Virus record (IMG/VR): IMGVR_UViG_3300048587_000983 | DNA: 64,000 bases | Direction: 5' to 3' (one strand) | Origin: a virus | In this document: piece after piece, positions 7,496 through 17,008 of the stretch | Layout of the letters: every line of letters begins with the position of its first letter | Numbering within the stretch: position 1 is the first letter of the stretch | Program-made: the position numbers and the translations under genes | The notes under the pieces: model-generated | Databases searched by the model: none | Told to the model about the DNA's origin: nothing | The model's input: the letters and a program-made list of their open reading frames with translations, nothing else

Positions 7496-7873
7496 ATGAG
7501 TACCGAAACCGCACACTTCCTCGTCCTTCTTCTCACCTACTCGATTCTTTCGATGATGCAGGATACTTTCCGGCGAATGCTGGAGCAATTTCTGGCTGAC
7601 GAAATTCTTTCGGCGCGCGGTAAATCGGAAGAAAGAGCGCGAGCCGCTTTTCAGAGACGGGTGAGGGGTATGGAGAAAGCCTCGCGCTCCATGGAGAAGG
7701 CTCTCATCTACTGCTTTCCGCACGCCAGGGGCTTCGTCCTCTCCCTTTTTGCAGTCTCGGGCTGGGTTCTTTGGCCCCTGAGTCTTGCCCTTTCGATCAG
7801 AAGCTACATGAAGACACCTGAAACGAAGGAGATCAGTGATGACGGGACAGTATCATTCAACGCTCGCGGTTGA
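7496..7873 (+). CDS. Hypothetical membrane protein
   Basis: SD GGAG; hydrophobic N- and C-terminal segments. Confidence 0.65.
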   Translation: MSTETAHFLVLLLTYSILSMMQDTFRRMLEQFLADEILSARGKSEERARAAFQRRVRGMEKASRSMEKALIYCFPHARGFVLSLFAVSGWVLWPLSLALSIRSYMKTPETKEISDDGTVSFNARG

Positions 7874-8123
7874 TCTATGTGAATGGACATTTGACATCTC
7901 TATTGAAACGCCGACAGGGGACCTTCTTTCCAGACACCTGGAAATACCGCCCGCCGGGCTTTTACGCGACCTCTGTCAGGGTAGAAAAAGGCTGCGCCTT
8001 ACCGTAGGGCGTGATATCGTGACGATTCCCGAAGAGCTGTTTGAGGCTCTTTTCAGAGAAATTAAGGATTGTCAGAACACTATCAGGAGACATCATGCAG
8101 GAGCCTATAGACATCTCGATTGA
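7836..8123 (+). CDS. Hypothetical protein
   Basis: Fills the gap in the operon; start uncertain. Confidence 0.4.
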   Translation: MMTGQYHSTLAVDLCEWTFDISIETPTGDLLSRHLEIPPAGLLRDLCQGRKRLRLTVGRDIVTIPEELFEALFREIKDCQNTIRRHHAGAYRHLD

Positions 8124-8514
8124 TCTTTTGCTTACCGAAACTCTCGAACTGATCCCCTCCCTATTCGCAAATGACCCCAAAACCAAAATGCTTCTGACAA
8201 AGCAGATTCCCAACATAAAGGCCTACACAAAAAAAATGTGGCGCGGGATCGGGGCGCGGTCGTCGGTGGACTACGTCGTCCTCAGTGCGAATCTTTCCAC
8301 AGCTTTTGTAACGGCGCGGCCGGGCACGGTTCTTAAGTGCGGCAGCTACGCAGAGTTCCTGGACAGTTGTGCAAAGTGGATCGCCGAGGAGTTTCAGATC
8401 GACCTTACCCCGGAGGAGATCGAAGGCAAGGAGGCTCTAATCATTATCACCTCGGCACTCGGCGAACCTGTGAACCGAAAACTCGCAACTCTTGGAAGCA
8501 CGCGAAAATCCTGA
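8095..8514 (+). CDS. Hypothetical protein
   Basis: SD AGGAG before the ATG at 8095 (MQEPIDIS). Confidence 0.65.
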   Translation: MQEPIDISIDLLLTETLELIPSLFANDPKTKMLLTKQIPNIKAYTKKMWRGIGARSSVDYVVLSANLSTAFVTARPGTVLKCGSYAEFLDSCAKWIAEEFQIDLTPEEIEGKEALIIITSALGEPVNRKLATLGSTRKS

Positions 8515-8639
8515 TGGAAAAGGTTTTGGTCAAAATCCCCCAAACGCGGTAAAATACCTACAAGTATGAACGTGCTGGATTTTTCCTTCCGAAAAGTTCA
8601 AAGTCGCTTAACCGCAACTTCACAATGGAAGGGCCTGAC

Positions 8640-9047
8640 ATGAGAAGGCTTCGGGGGCTTTACGTCGAGGACGATGAACTGACCGCAAGACTTGTTCAAA
8701 GAGGTTTCAGAAGCAGTGCTTTTCTGCAGGTCGCTGCAAATCGCGCCATGTATATGAGTCTGATACAGAGTCCGGCCTTTGACTTCGTCATCCTTGACGG
8801 CGAAGTCCAGGGTTGGCCGCTTTCGGACTACGCCCGGGAAGTCTCTGAAACAACAGAGCTTCCCCTTTTTATTTTTAGCGCTTCGCCGGCCAGAAACCTT
8901 CTTCCGCTGATGGCTCTTAAACCAAAAGCCTTTGTTCGGAAGACGGATGGGGTTCAGGTGCTTGTCGATGCAGTTCTTTCTTATTTTTACGCATTGGAAA
9001 CCTTTACTCTTGCCTCAAACGTGCCGACAGTATCGCAACTGTCATAG
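8640..9047 (+). CDS. Single-domain response regulator (receiver domain)
   Basis: Acidic pocket YVEDD, phospho-acceptor VILD, PLFIFSA, conserved Lys in FVRK; alternative start at 8625. Confidence 0.8.
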   Translation: MRRLRGLYVEDDELTARLVQRGFRSSAFLQVAANRAMYMSLIQSPAFDFVILDGEVQGWPLSDYAREVSETTELPLFIFSASPARNLLPLMALKPKAFVRKTDGVQVLVDAVLSYFYALETFTLASNVPTVSQLS

Positions 9048-9064
9048 GATTTCGAGGGGGCTCG

Positions 9065-9730
9065 ATGAACTGGGTCAAAAAGCTGATCGATTGGATGGCG
9101 ACGCGTTCCTTTGGTCGGAGGGACCCGGAAAGAATGCCTGAGCCCCCTCCCGTTTCCGATGCTCCTGAAAAGGCGAGGGCGGCTCCCCCTCTTTTCATCC
9201 TCGTGGACTTCCGCCGTGAACTCATACGCGAGGCGGAAAAGTGGATCGGCGTGCACGAGGCGGGAGGCAACAACAAAGGGCCCGAGGTCGTGCGGTTCCA
9301 AAAAGCGGTCGATGGCAAGGCGCTCGGCGAGCCGTGGTGTGCCTGTTTCGTCCAGTTTTGTGTGAAAGAAGTCCAGATGCGCTTTGGAGCGACCCTCGTC
9401 ATGGCCGTCAGCGAGCACTGCATGACGATCTGGAATAGAACTCCAGGTGTCCATCGCCACCGTTCACCCAAGGCGGGCTTTGTCGTCATCTGGAACTACG
9501 AGGGGACAGCGAGCGGGCACATCGGGATTGTGAGTCGGGTGATCGACGAGTTTACAATCGAAACTATTGAGGGGAACACCTCGCCTGACGACAATACGAT
9601 TGAGCGTGAGGGCGATGGGGTTTATCGTAAGATAAGGTCAACAAAACAGATTGGCAAAATGCGCCTCGTCGGCTTTATTGCCCCATTCAACCCCGACTCG
9701 GTCGAGCGCCCGGAGGTAAAGCAGAGCTGA
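9065..9730 (+). CDS. CHAP-domain peptidoglycan hydrolase (endolysin-like)
   Basis: EPWCACFV (catalytic Cys), GHIGIV (His), TIEGNT. Confidence 0.85.
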   Translation: MNWVKKLIDWMATRSFGRRDPERMPEPPPVSDAPEKARAAPPLFILVDFRRELIREAEKWIGVHEAGGNNKGPEVVRFQKAVDGKALGEPWCACFVQFCVKEVQMRFGATLVMAVSEHCMTIWNRTPGVHRHRSPKAGFVVIWNYEGTASGHIGIVSRVIDEFTIETIEGNTSPDDNTIEREGDGVYRKIRSTKQIGKMRLVGFIAPFNPDSVERPEVKQS

Positions 9731-9758
9731 CCTCGCGGCCGCCGCCAAAGGATACCCG

Positions 9759-10250
9759 GTGGCCACAGAGATCAATGTCAAAGTTCCCCCTCTTCCGCAA
9801 AAACCGATCGCGCAGGCGACTCTCCCGCAAAAACCGGCCTCCAAGGCGTCCTGGGTCATGGATGGTTCTGAGCCTGTGGCCGACACGGTAAAAATCCCCG
9901 AGGGAAGGCCCGACGTTCTTGTCCTTATCAAAACGCCAGCCGGCTACGTAAAGGCGATGGAGATCGACCGCGGAGGAGACTCCCTTTTCGGCACAGGGCC
10001 TGTGGCCACAGAGTTCACAGAAATTCTGACTGAGGCCATCTCACAAAAGCTTTCCGTCACCTGCAAAAGCAGCCCTGACGGGGGAATCGAGGCTCTCTCA
10101 AAGCAAATCAGCATCGTTCAGGGGCAGCTCGACGCAAGGCGCCGTCAGGATGATTTCGCCCTGACCCTTCTCATCATCGGTCTTGCAGCGGCCGTTCTCT
10201 GCACGATCGTCTATCTCGTGCTTGCGAGGCTTCAGCGCCCACGGCGCTAG
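9759..10250 (+). CDS. Hypothetical protein with C-terminal TM helix
   Basis: GTG start after AAAGGA; C-terminal TM; next to the endolysin. Confidence 0.65.
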   Translation: MATEINVKVPPLPQKPIAQATLPQKPASKASWVMDGSEPVADTVKIPEGRPDVLVLIKTPAGYVKAMEIDRGGDSLFGTGPVATEFTEILTEAISQKLSVTCKSSPDGGIEALSKQISIVQGQLDARRRQDDFALTLLIIGLAAAVLCTIVYLVLARLQRPRR

Positions 10251-10258
10251 AAGTTTTC

Positions 10259-10278
10259 GGTATAAGAGTTTTGTGACA
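10259..10278 (+). promoter_or_regulatory. GGTATAAG promoter-like motif
   Basis: GGTATAAG AGTTTTGTGACA. Confidence 0.6.
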
Positions 10279-10300
10279 TTTTTAAAGGATCGGGAGGCCC

Positions 10301-10759
10301 ATGGAAAAATTCGATTCGGACGCGTTTGCACTCGACTTTCTTCAGATCATGCGCGAGGTCGCCGGCAATCCCCGCTGTCTGACAGATCTGATGGATGGTC
10401 TTTTCACGGGGCCTGAAAACGAGCCCGAGCTTCATAGGCTCATTCGTGCCGTGACGCGGCTTCGTTATCTTGAGATCGCCCTTCTCGAATCTCTGAGCGA
10501 TGGCGTTGGCCTTGGCCCCATAGGCGCGGCCGAGAGTTACCGCGATCTTTCCAAAAGCGTAATAATGGCCGCCCTTGTCCACAAGGAGGAGACGGCGGCC
10601 AGGCTCCGCTGCTACTACCCCCATCTCATGACCGAGGCCGACCTCGAAAGGGTCCGCCTGACCGTGAAAACGGGCATGAGCCGCGAGGATGCCGCCCGCG
10701 CTGCGGAATATCTCGTCGAGATCCAAAAGCGCCTCAGGGACCGCCTCTCGCCCTCCTGA
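10301..10759 (+). CDS. Hypothetical protein
   Basis: SD GGAGG; 152 aa. Confidence 0.7.
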   Translation: MEKFDSDAFALDFLQIMREVAGNPRCLTDLMDGLFTGPENEPELHRLIRAVTRLRYLEIALLESLSDGVGLGPIGAAESYRDLSKSVIMAALVHKEETAARLRCYYPHLMTEADLERVRLTVKTGMSREDAARAAEYLVEIQKRLRDRLSPS

Positions 10760-10857
10760 CAACTGCGTCAAATCAAGCAGAGTACCGACATCCCGGTTTA
10801 TGCCGATTCCAAACTTTTGTCGTTAGGAACGAAGGCCCTTGCATAAACCTTGATTTT

Positions 10858-10890
10858 ACCCAGGCTTCGGGCTCCGGGGCCTGGGTTTTT
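10858..10890 (+). terminator. Rho-independent terminator
   Basis: ACCCAGGC...GCCTGGGT followed by TTTT. Confidence 0.7.
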
Positions 10891-10928
10891 CGGCCACTTT
10901 GGCACTAACAAAATAAAAAAAACGTAAA

Positions 10929-11395
10929 TGTCACCGCTGGATCGGTGACAGAAAGCCTCTCCGGTGACAGAATCGGTGACAAAAAAAATCCGCATAAAAG
11001 CCAATGATTAAAGCCCCATATAAATCAAAACATATAAATGTCACCGTGTCACCGCAAGAGTCATTCTTTTTCCCATAGAGGATTTTTTTCGCGTCTCTTT
11101 CCCGATTTCATGCACACCCGGATTGGCGCTCTGAGTAAAAACAATTAGCGATGTTTTTCACATAGGGGGTTTAAAAAGGGGGTTTTCGCGGTGACGCGGT
11201 GACAGAATCGGGTAAGCCTCCGATATGGTTTCAAAAAAAGCGTCACCGTTGCGCAAAAATCGCAAAAATTTCACTGGTGACACGGTGACAACGGATGTAA
11301 TGTAACGAAATAACTGAAAAATACGGCACCACCCAAATCACCAGCCCTTTCAAAAAACGATCGACGGACAAGTTCCGCTCCGCGGAGCGGTGACA
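10929..11395. repeat. GGTGAC(A) iteron-like cluster, putative replication origin
   Basis: 12 copies in a non-coding, A/T-tract-rich region: GGTGAC at 10944, 10963, 10975, 11190, 11198, 11276, 11284, 11389; reverse-strand copies at 10929, 11039, 11047, 11241. Confidence 0.7.
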
Positions 11396-11442
11396 AATCC
11401 ATTTCAGAATGCGCCAAGTGTGCGCAAAAGGAGTTTTCGACC

Positions 11443-13110
11443 ATGCTTCTCTACGTCAAAATGTCAAACTTCCGTGGGGTGGACTCTCAAGTTCATCTTG
11501 GCGATCCGTCAAAGGGTGTCGCCTCGCGTGTGCAGCTTAAAGGGCGAAACGGTGCCAGAAAGACTACCATACGCGAAGCCATAGCCTTCGCTTTCACAGG
11601 GAGGGATAGTCAGGGCAGCACCAAACCGACGCACCTTATCAGCTTCGGCGAGGACGCCTGCGAGGTGGAGGTGATGACGAGAAAGGGCGCCGTCATCAAC
11701 AGACGCCTCACCATGCAGGGGGGCGGTCACCTTTGGATCATGACAAGCGGTGCCCAGAGGGTCCTCTCTCAGGCGGAGCTTGAGACGATGCTCTGCCCCG
11801 CAGACGTTTTTCTCTCCGTCCTCGTTCCGGGCTACCTCATGGGGACGCTTCCCAAAAACCGGCAGACGGCGGTCCTCTCCTACGTTCTTCCTCCGGTTGA
11901 CAGGCGGGCCATCGTCGAGCGTCTGACGGGCTATCCGCCCTCGATGACCCTTGACCTTGATTACTCCCTTCAGCCGCACATCCTTCAAAAAAGGCTTGCC
12001 GACCAGAGGAACAAAATCACAAACCGCACAGCCGAACTTCGCGGCGAGCAGAAGGTTCTCCGCGAGCGACTTTCCATGCTGCCATCAAAGCCGGTTGAGC
12101 CGCCCGAGGTTAAACTCCTTGAGGCCGAGGAGAAGCTTCGCCGCGAGTGGATCGTCTATGAGGCAAGTCTTTCAAGAGAGCAGATCGAAGCCGAACTTTC
12201 CGAACTCCGTGAGGTCCCGCTGCCGCCTGTGATGAAACCCTTCGATCTTGAGCGCCCCGTCGAGCCCAGGACGCCCCTTTACCTTCCCGATGAGGAGAGG
12301 GACCGCTGCCCTGCGTGCGGTCAGACGGTTGGAATGAAACATAGGGAACTCGTCCGGGCCCACAACGACAGGCTTCGCGCGGCTTATGAGGTCGAGCACG
12401 CAGCCTGGCTAAAAAACCTTGAGGCGTGGAGCACAGAGTCAAAAGCCTACATGGCGGCAAAGGAAGCGCGCGATCGGGCGTTTGCCGAAGCGAAGGCCAC
12501 CAACCTGCGAATCGAGCACAGACGACGGATGCTTGAAGAGACGCTGCGCGCGATGCCAGGAGGCGAGGGCGTCGAGGCGAAAAGGCCGCGTGATGAATTT
12601 TCAAAGGAGCGCTATGCTGAGATGAATAGGATCGCTCAGGAATATCAGCGGCAGCTCGGCGCTTTCGAGAGCTGGCAGAAATCGGCGGCCAGCTCAGAGC
12701 TGAGGCTCATCGAACTTGAGCAGGCCATCATCGATGCCGCGGCCGAGGTGGACCTTCTTAGGGCTCACGAAGCTGCGCTCAAGCAGCTGCCTGACGAGGA
12801 GCTTGAAGAGCAAAAGGCGCACCTTTCTCTTCCGGGCTTTGACATCCGCGTAGGCGAAGGTCTTCAGCTTTGGGACCGCAACGGCTGCCCCTACGAGATC
12901 CTCTCGCGCGGTGCCCGCATGCGTGCAGACTTTGAGCTGTGTCTCAGAATCAACGCGCTGCTCGAACGCAAGGTGGGGATGATTTTCCTGGACGACTTTG
13001 ATCTTGCCGACTGGTCGGACCTTCTCCGGGACACCCCCGGGGCAATTCAGATCTTCTCGGCCCACGTGGGCCTTTCTGAGCTCAGCGTAGGCCTTTCCAA
13101 CTACGTGTAA
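11443..13110 (+). CDS. SMC/Rad50/SbcC-like ATPase (gp46-like)
   Basis: Walker A GRNGARKTT, coiled coils, zinc hook CPACG, signature LSRGARMR, Walker B IFLDD. Confidence 0.85.
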   Translation: MLLYVKMSNFRGVDSQVHLGDPSKGVASRVQLKGRNGARKTTIREAIAFAFTGRDSQGSTKPTHLISFGEDACEVEVMTRKGAVINRRLTMQGGGHLWIMTSGAQRVLSQAELETMLCPADVFLSVLVPGYLMGTLPKNRQTAVLSYVLPPVDRRAIVERLTGYPPSMTLDLDYSLQPHILQKRLADQRNKITNRTAELRGEQKVLRERLSMLPSKPVEPPEVKLLEAEEKLRREWIVYEASLSREQIEAELSELREVPLPPVMKPFDLERPVEPRTPLYLPDEERDRCPACGQTVGMKHRELVRAHNDRLRAAYEVEHAAWLKNLEAWSTESKAYMAAKEARDRAFAEAKATNLRIEHRRRMLEETLRAMPGGEGVEAKRPRDEFSKERYAEMNRIAQEYQRQLGAFESWQKSAASSELRLIELEQAIIDAAAEVDLLRAHEAALKQLPDEELEEQKAHLSLPGFDIRVGEGLQLWDRNGCPYEILSRGARMRADFELCLRINALLERKVGMIFLDDFDLADWSDLLRDTPGAIQIFSAHVGLSELSVGLSNYV

Positions 13111-13127
13111 AGGAAGGAGTAAGCGGC

Positions 13128-13463
13128 ATGATTTCGGGAGAGGCTAATCAAATTCTGGCGAATTCCGAAAAAGGGGCGAACGCCCATCGCGGCAGAAATT
13201 TCGAGGAGGCACTTATGCTGCTTCGTCTTAGGACATGCCCTGCATGCCAGTATTCCCGCCGTCTCGAATTCCATTCACCAAAGTATGACCATCTTTGCCC
13301 AAAGTGCGGACACAGCGAAAAACCCACGGAAGCACGCTTTATGACGCAAACATTAAGCGCAAGTAAAAGCGATGCTCTTCTTCCGATTGGGGTTGCAATT
13401 TTGATGTCGCTGGTGTTTGCTCTCGTCGTATTCTGGATAGCCTTTGGGCTACCTGCGAGGTAG
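13128..13463 (+). CDS. Zn-ribbon protein with C-terminal TM
   Basis: CPAC...CPKC motifs and a hydrophobic C-terminus. Confidence 0.6.
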   Translation: MISGEANQILANSEKGANAHRGRNFEEALMLLRLRTCPACQYSRRLEFHSPKYDHLCPKCGHSEKPTEARFMTQTLSASKSDALLPIGVAILMSLVFALVVFWIAFGLPAR

Positions 13464-13736
13464 CGGCCATTTTTGAAGCGGGCACTCGGCTTCAAAAAGC
13501 GCTGCCTTGACGCTTACGAAGCACCCACATTTTTGACAGCGAAGACCTCGCTTTTCTTCGCACGCGGCGCAAATCTCAAGGCGCTCGCGTAAGGTTATCT
13601 CCGTCACACCCGCCCCATTACCATTCGCAATACTTCGTAGCGTTCTGAGAAGAGTGTAGGTCAGATCCTGGGCACGGCCCAGGTGCTTATAAGGATTTCC
13701 GCAGCATGAGGGCATAAAAACCTCCAGCACCATCAT
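13449..13736 (-). CDS. Small Cys-rich protein (DUF6171-like)
   Basis: RLEICAAC...CQKCGCFVSVKA...ECPLQKW. Confidence 0.65.
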   Translation of the reverse strand: MMVLEVFMPSCCGNPYKHLGRAQDLTYTLLRTLRSIANGNGAGVTEITLRERLEICAACEEKRGLRCQKCGCFVSVKAALFEAECPLQKWPLPRR

Positions 13737-13754
13737 TCACAATAAGGATAGAAA

Positions 13755-14528
13755 ATGGAACAGGATTTGGGCATCGGCATAGACGACCTGCCGAAAACCC
13801 TCAGGGACAAAGCCATGAAAGGCGAGCCCATAGGCATCCCGGGCACGAGCACTTTCGTCGATTTCATCGCGCAGACCGAGGAGTTCAACCCAGCCTTGGC
13901 AGTCCTGGGTATGAAAGCGTTTAGAGCCTCCTTTCGGACGACGTTCGAGTCGCTTGAGTGTTACCCGAAAGGAGTGGAGCGCGGCGAGAGAGCTTTAACT
14001 GAAGTAAATAAAAAGATCGCACAGGGCCTTTCCAAAAGGAAACAAAATGGCGATCCGCCGCCTACTTGCAAATCAGGCTGTTCGGCCTGCTGTCACATAC
14101 AGGTGACACTGACTGACAGTGAGGCTGATGTGCTCGTAAGGCACCTTCGTGAAAAAGATGTGAAGCTCGATCGAAGTCTTGTTCTTCACCAGTTCGAGCA
14201 TGGCAGGGATAATCTAGCTCATGTGAAGATGCCTTACGAAAAACGCGCATGCCCGATTTTAGGGGAGGACGGCAACTGCCGAGCTTACGAGGCTAGACCT
14301 CTTGTCTGCAGGAAGTATATGGTGGCGACGCCCGCGTGGATGTGCGACATGAGGCTTTCTGAAGCTTCGGGGATTATCGTCGCGCCGGGAGCCGAAGGCG
14401 CAGTATCCGCGATGATGGCCCTGGAAATGAAAGACGATCCGAGTGATGATAACCTTCCCCAACAGCTTTTACGGAGGATACCTGAAGATGACGGACTCTG
14501 GAAACACACCAAACCATTGGAAGAATAA
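13755..14528 (+). CDS. YkgJ/FliB-like CxxxCxxCC cysteine-cluster protein
   Basis: CKSGCSACCH, CPILGEDGNCRAYEARPLVCRKY. Confidence 0.85.
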   Translation: MEQDLGIGIDDLPKTLRDKAMKGEPIGIPGTSTFVDFIAQTEEFNPALAVLGMKAFRASFRTTFESLECYPKGVERGERALTEVNKKIAQGLSKRKQNGDPPPTCKSGCSACCHIQVTLTDSEADVLVRHLREKDVKLDRSLVLHQFEHGRDNLAHVKMPYEKRACPILGEDGNCRAYEARPLVCRKYMVATPAWMCDMRLSEASGIIVAPGAEGAVSAMMALEMKDDPSDDNLPQQLLRRIPEDDGLWKHTKPLEE

Positions 14529-15084
14529 TGATCTCGGCGGGCACAGCTACACTGACGAGGAGGCTGCCGTTATTCATGCGATCGCCATGCTCCTTAAAGG
14601 CCGCGATCCCAGCCTTACGATGACGGCTATCGTGGGCGGCGGCACGTGGAGACCGCGTGAGTACATGAAGCTCTATACGAAGGCCGCCGGCGTTGTCTAT
14701 GAGCTTGCAAAAAACCTGGCGGCGTTCCCGCTGCCGCCAAACATCCCACAAAAATCGGTGGCCGCATGGGCGGACCTCATAACGGGAAGGCTCGTGAAAA
14801 GCACAACCCAGGCGGCCGTGCATACGGATGGAACGCCTGACGACATCTATGGCGAGCGGCTCGTGATCGAGGAAACCCTTCGCCCGGTTGTCCCCCTCGA
14901 CCACATCACCATTCGCCTGAGCATCGGCAAAGAGGCAACGACGGTCGAGGATATCGACCCTGAGAAAGCGAAAGCTGTTGTCATCGACCTTTGTAAAAAA
15001 TTTCCTGGTCTTTTGACGGATGAAGCTGTCGATGGGGGTGAGCTTCTGATGGAAATGAGCGAGCAGCTGCGGGCGCTTCTTTGA
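14443..15084 (+). CDS. Hypothetical protein
   Basis: Long ORF in the operon; start uncertain. Confidence 0.6.
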   Translation: MMITFPNSFYGGYLKMTDSGNTPNHWKNNDLGGHSYTDEEAAVIHAIAMLLKGRDPSLTMTAIVGGGTWRPREYMKLYTKAAGVVYELAKNLAAFPLPPNIPQKSVAAWADLITGRLVKSTTQAAVHTDGTPDDIYGERLVIEETLRPVVPLDHITIRLSIGKEATTVEDIDPEKAKAVVIDLCKKFPGLLTDEAVDGGELLMEMSEQLRALL

Positions 15085-15121
15085 GCGTTCGGCAAACCTT
15101 AACTTTGAGGACTTCGATTGC

Positions 15122-15532
15122 ATGAGAGATGAACTGAAAGACTTTACCGAGGACGCGCAGTACGTCATCGAGCTTAATGATGCTCTTCAAAAGGAGGCGG
15201 CGCGTCTGCGATCGCACTCGATCGTGGTGGTGCCCACCGTCTATCAGGTGCTCACCGCGTTTGTTAAAGACGCCTGCGACTCTGCCGGTCTCATCTGTTA
15301 CGATAGCGACGATAAAGAGGTTGGGTATATATCTGTGGCGGGGGTTGTCTCGCTTTTTAGAAAGAACATCGCAGATATAGCAAAACGTCTTGAGGCTGAG
15401 ACCGAGGGATCGCTTCGAGAGGACGACCCTCATATGCCTGACGAAAGAGTCGCAGCCATTCTTAAGGCCTGCCATCACACGGGGCGCACGCTTCGTGAAG
15501 CGCTTCTGGCCACTGAAAACACAGCACCCTAA
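15122..15532 (+). CDS. Hypothetical protein
   Basis: SD GAGGA; operon context. Confidence 0.65.
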   Translation: MRDELKDFTEDAQYVIELNDALQKEAARLRSHSIVVVPTVYQVLTAFVKDACDSAGLICYDSDDKEVGYISVAGVVSLFRKNIADIAKRLEAETEGSLREDDPHMPDERVAAILKACHHTGRTLREALLATENTAP

Positions 15533-15543
15533 AGGAAGACACT

Positions 15544-15978
15544 ATGATCAAAATAATGGATGAAGCAAGCGGACAAACAGCCGTCATTTTAAGAGTGATC
15601 CAGTCAGGGCCGGACCTTGACATTCTTGGCCTAGGCATCTACGCGGGCGATCACGATTTCACAAAGAGCAGAAAACCTCTTCAGATTCTTTATTTCCATG
15701 AAACGCTCGACTTCATTGTAAATAACATCACAAGGGATGTGATGAAGACCGAAGGCCGCGCGCCCGAGCGCGAGGAGTTTTTGAAAAAGTATAGAAAAGT
15801 CGAAGACCAGGTAAAGGCGCATTTTAAAGGTGAAGCCCAGGATCCACCTGATGATATCGACTGGGACGCCGTCCGGTTCCCTGAAGAGATCATCGAGGAG
15901 GAGTCGGCTGAGGATCTGGCTGAAAAGGCAATGCAGACAGTATCGGCCATCTTCAGGAAGCCTCCTGTGAGGATGTGA
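15544..15978 (+). CDS. Hypothetical protein
   Basis: SD AAGGA; operon context. Confidence 0.7.
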   Translation: MIKIMDEASGQTAVILRVIQSGPDLDILGLGIYAGDHDFTKSRKPLQILYFHETLDFIVNNITRDVMKTEGRAPEREEFLKKYRKVEDQVKAHFKGEAQDPPDDIDWDAVRFPEEIIEEESAEDLAEKAMQTVSAIFRKPPVRM

Positions 15979-16033
15979 AAAGACTTAACGAAAAGACCGG
16001 CTCATGCTAAATTCCTAAAAAATAGGAGACATC

Positions 16034-16279
16034 ATGAGCCAGGCAATCGTAAAGGATCTGCGAAAAGACCTCGCAGCCCTCTCAAAGCGTCAGGAAGTTT
16101 TTGAAGACAAAATCCTCTCGGGGACTCTCGCCAAGGATGACGCGGACTACTTCAAGAACATGGCCCTCTACTACGCGGACGAGTGCAAAAAAATCCGCGC
16201 AAAACTGATGGAAATGCTCTCTGAGCTGGGGGATGTCGCCGATGTCACAGTCACAGTCTCCGACGCCCCCGTCATGTAA
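16034..16279 (+). CDS. Hypothetical protein
   Basis: SD AGGAG. Confidence 0.7.
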   Translation: MSQAIVKDLRKDLAALSKRQEVFEDKILSGTLAKDDADYFKNMALYYADECKKIRAKLMEMLSELGDVADVTVTVSDAPVM

Positions 16280-16532
16280 AAGAACATACGCCGAAACCCT
16301 TGCGGCTGCCGTGATAAAGGACTGGGAGAGAAGGCCGAGGCTTAGAAAGTCCGGCCAGCCCTTCATCAAGACCATCGTACTTGATGCGCACCTTTACCCG
16401 GAGTCCGAAAAGGAGCTGGCGGAGCTTCTCCACGCCGCCGGTCTTGAGTTTGAGTGTAACCAGATCTTCCAGGGTGGTAAAATCGGGAGGCAGACAAACA
16501 TCATCCACGTATGGAGGTCCGAGCCCGAATGA
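16233..16532 (+). CDS. Hypothetical protein
   Basis: ATGA overlap with the next gene; start uncertain. Confidence 0.5.
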   Translation: MSPMSQSQSPTPPSCKRTYAETLAAAVIKDWERRPRLRKSGQPFIKTIVLDAHLYPESEKELAELLHAAGLEFECNQIFQGGKIGRQTNIIHVWRSEPE

Positions 16533-17008
16533 GCAAGCACCCCGCTCTTTTTTTAGATCTGGACAGCACGGTTCGCACGACAAACGTCAAAGGGCGCTCC
16601 TATCCGCGCGCTCCCCACGAGCAGGAGCTCATGGAGGGACGCTATGAGAAGATCTGGGAGTGGAAAAACAAGGGCTATAAGGTTTTTGGCGTGACAAACC
16701 AGGGCGGGATCGGGATGGGCCTTATCTCGAAAAAAGAGTGCGAGGACTGTCTCAGGGACCTCAACCAAAAGCTCGACGGCGCTTTCGACGATATTCTCTA
16801 CGCACCGGCGCACCCGGAGAAGAACGACCCTTTCCGAAAGCCCAATCCGGGCATGATCCACGCACTCCGCGACAAGCACGGCGTTGACCTTAAAAAGTCG
16901 ATTATGGTGGGCGACCGCGATACGGATAAAATGGCGGCCATAAGGGCCGGCGTGAAATTCCAGTGGACAAAGGATTTCTTCAATGACCAAACTCGCAAGA
17001 AGTCTTGA
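16529..17008 (+). CDS. HAD-IIIA family phosphatase (GmhB/PNK 3'-phosphatase-like)
   Basis: FLDLDST, VTNQGGIG, RKPNPGM, MVGDRDTD. Confidence 0.9.
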   Translation: MSKHPALFLDLDSTVRTTNVKGRSYPRAPHEQELMEGRYEKIWEWKNKGYKVFGVTNQGGIGMGLISKKECEDCLRDLNQKLDGAFDDILYAPAHPEKNDPFRKPNPGMIHALRDKHGVDLKKSIMVGDRDTDKMAAIRAGVKFQWTKDFFNDQTRKKS

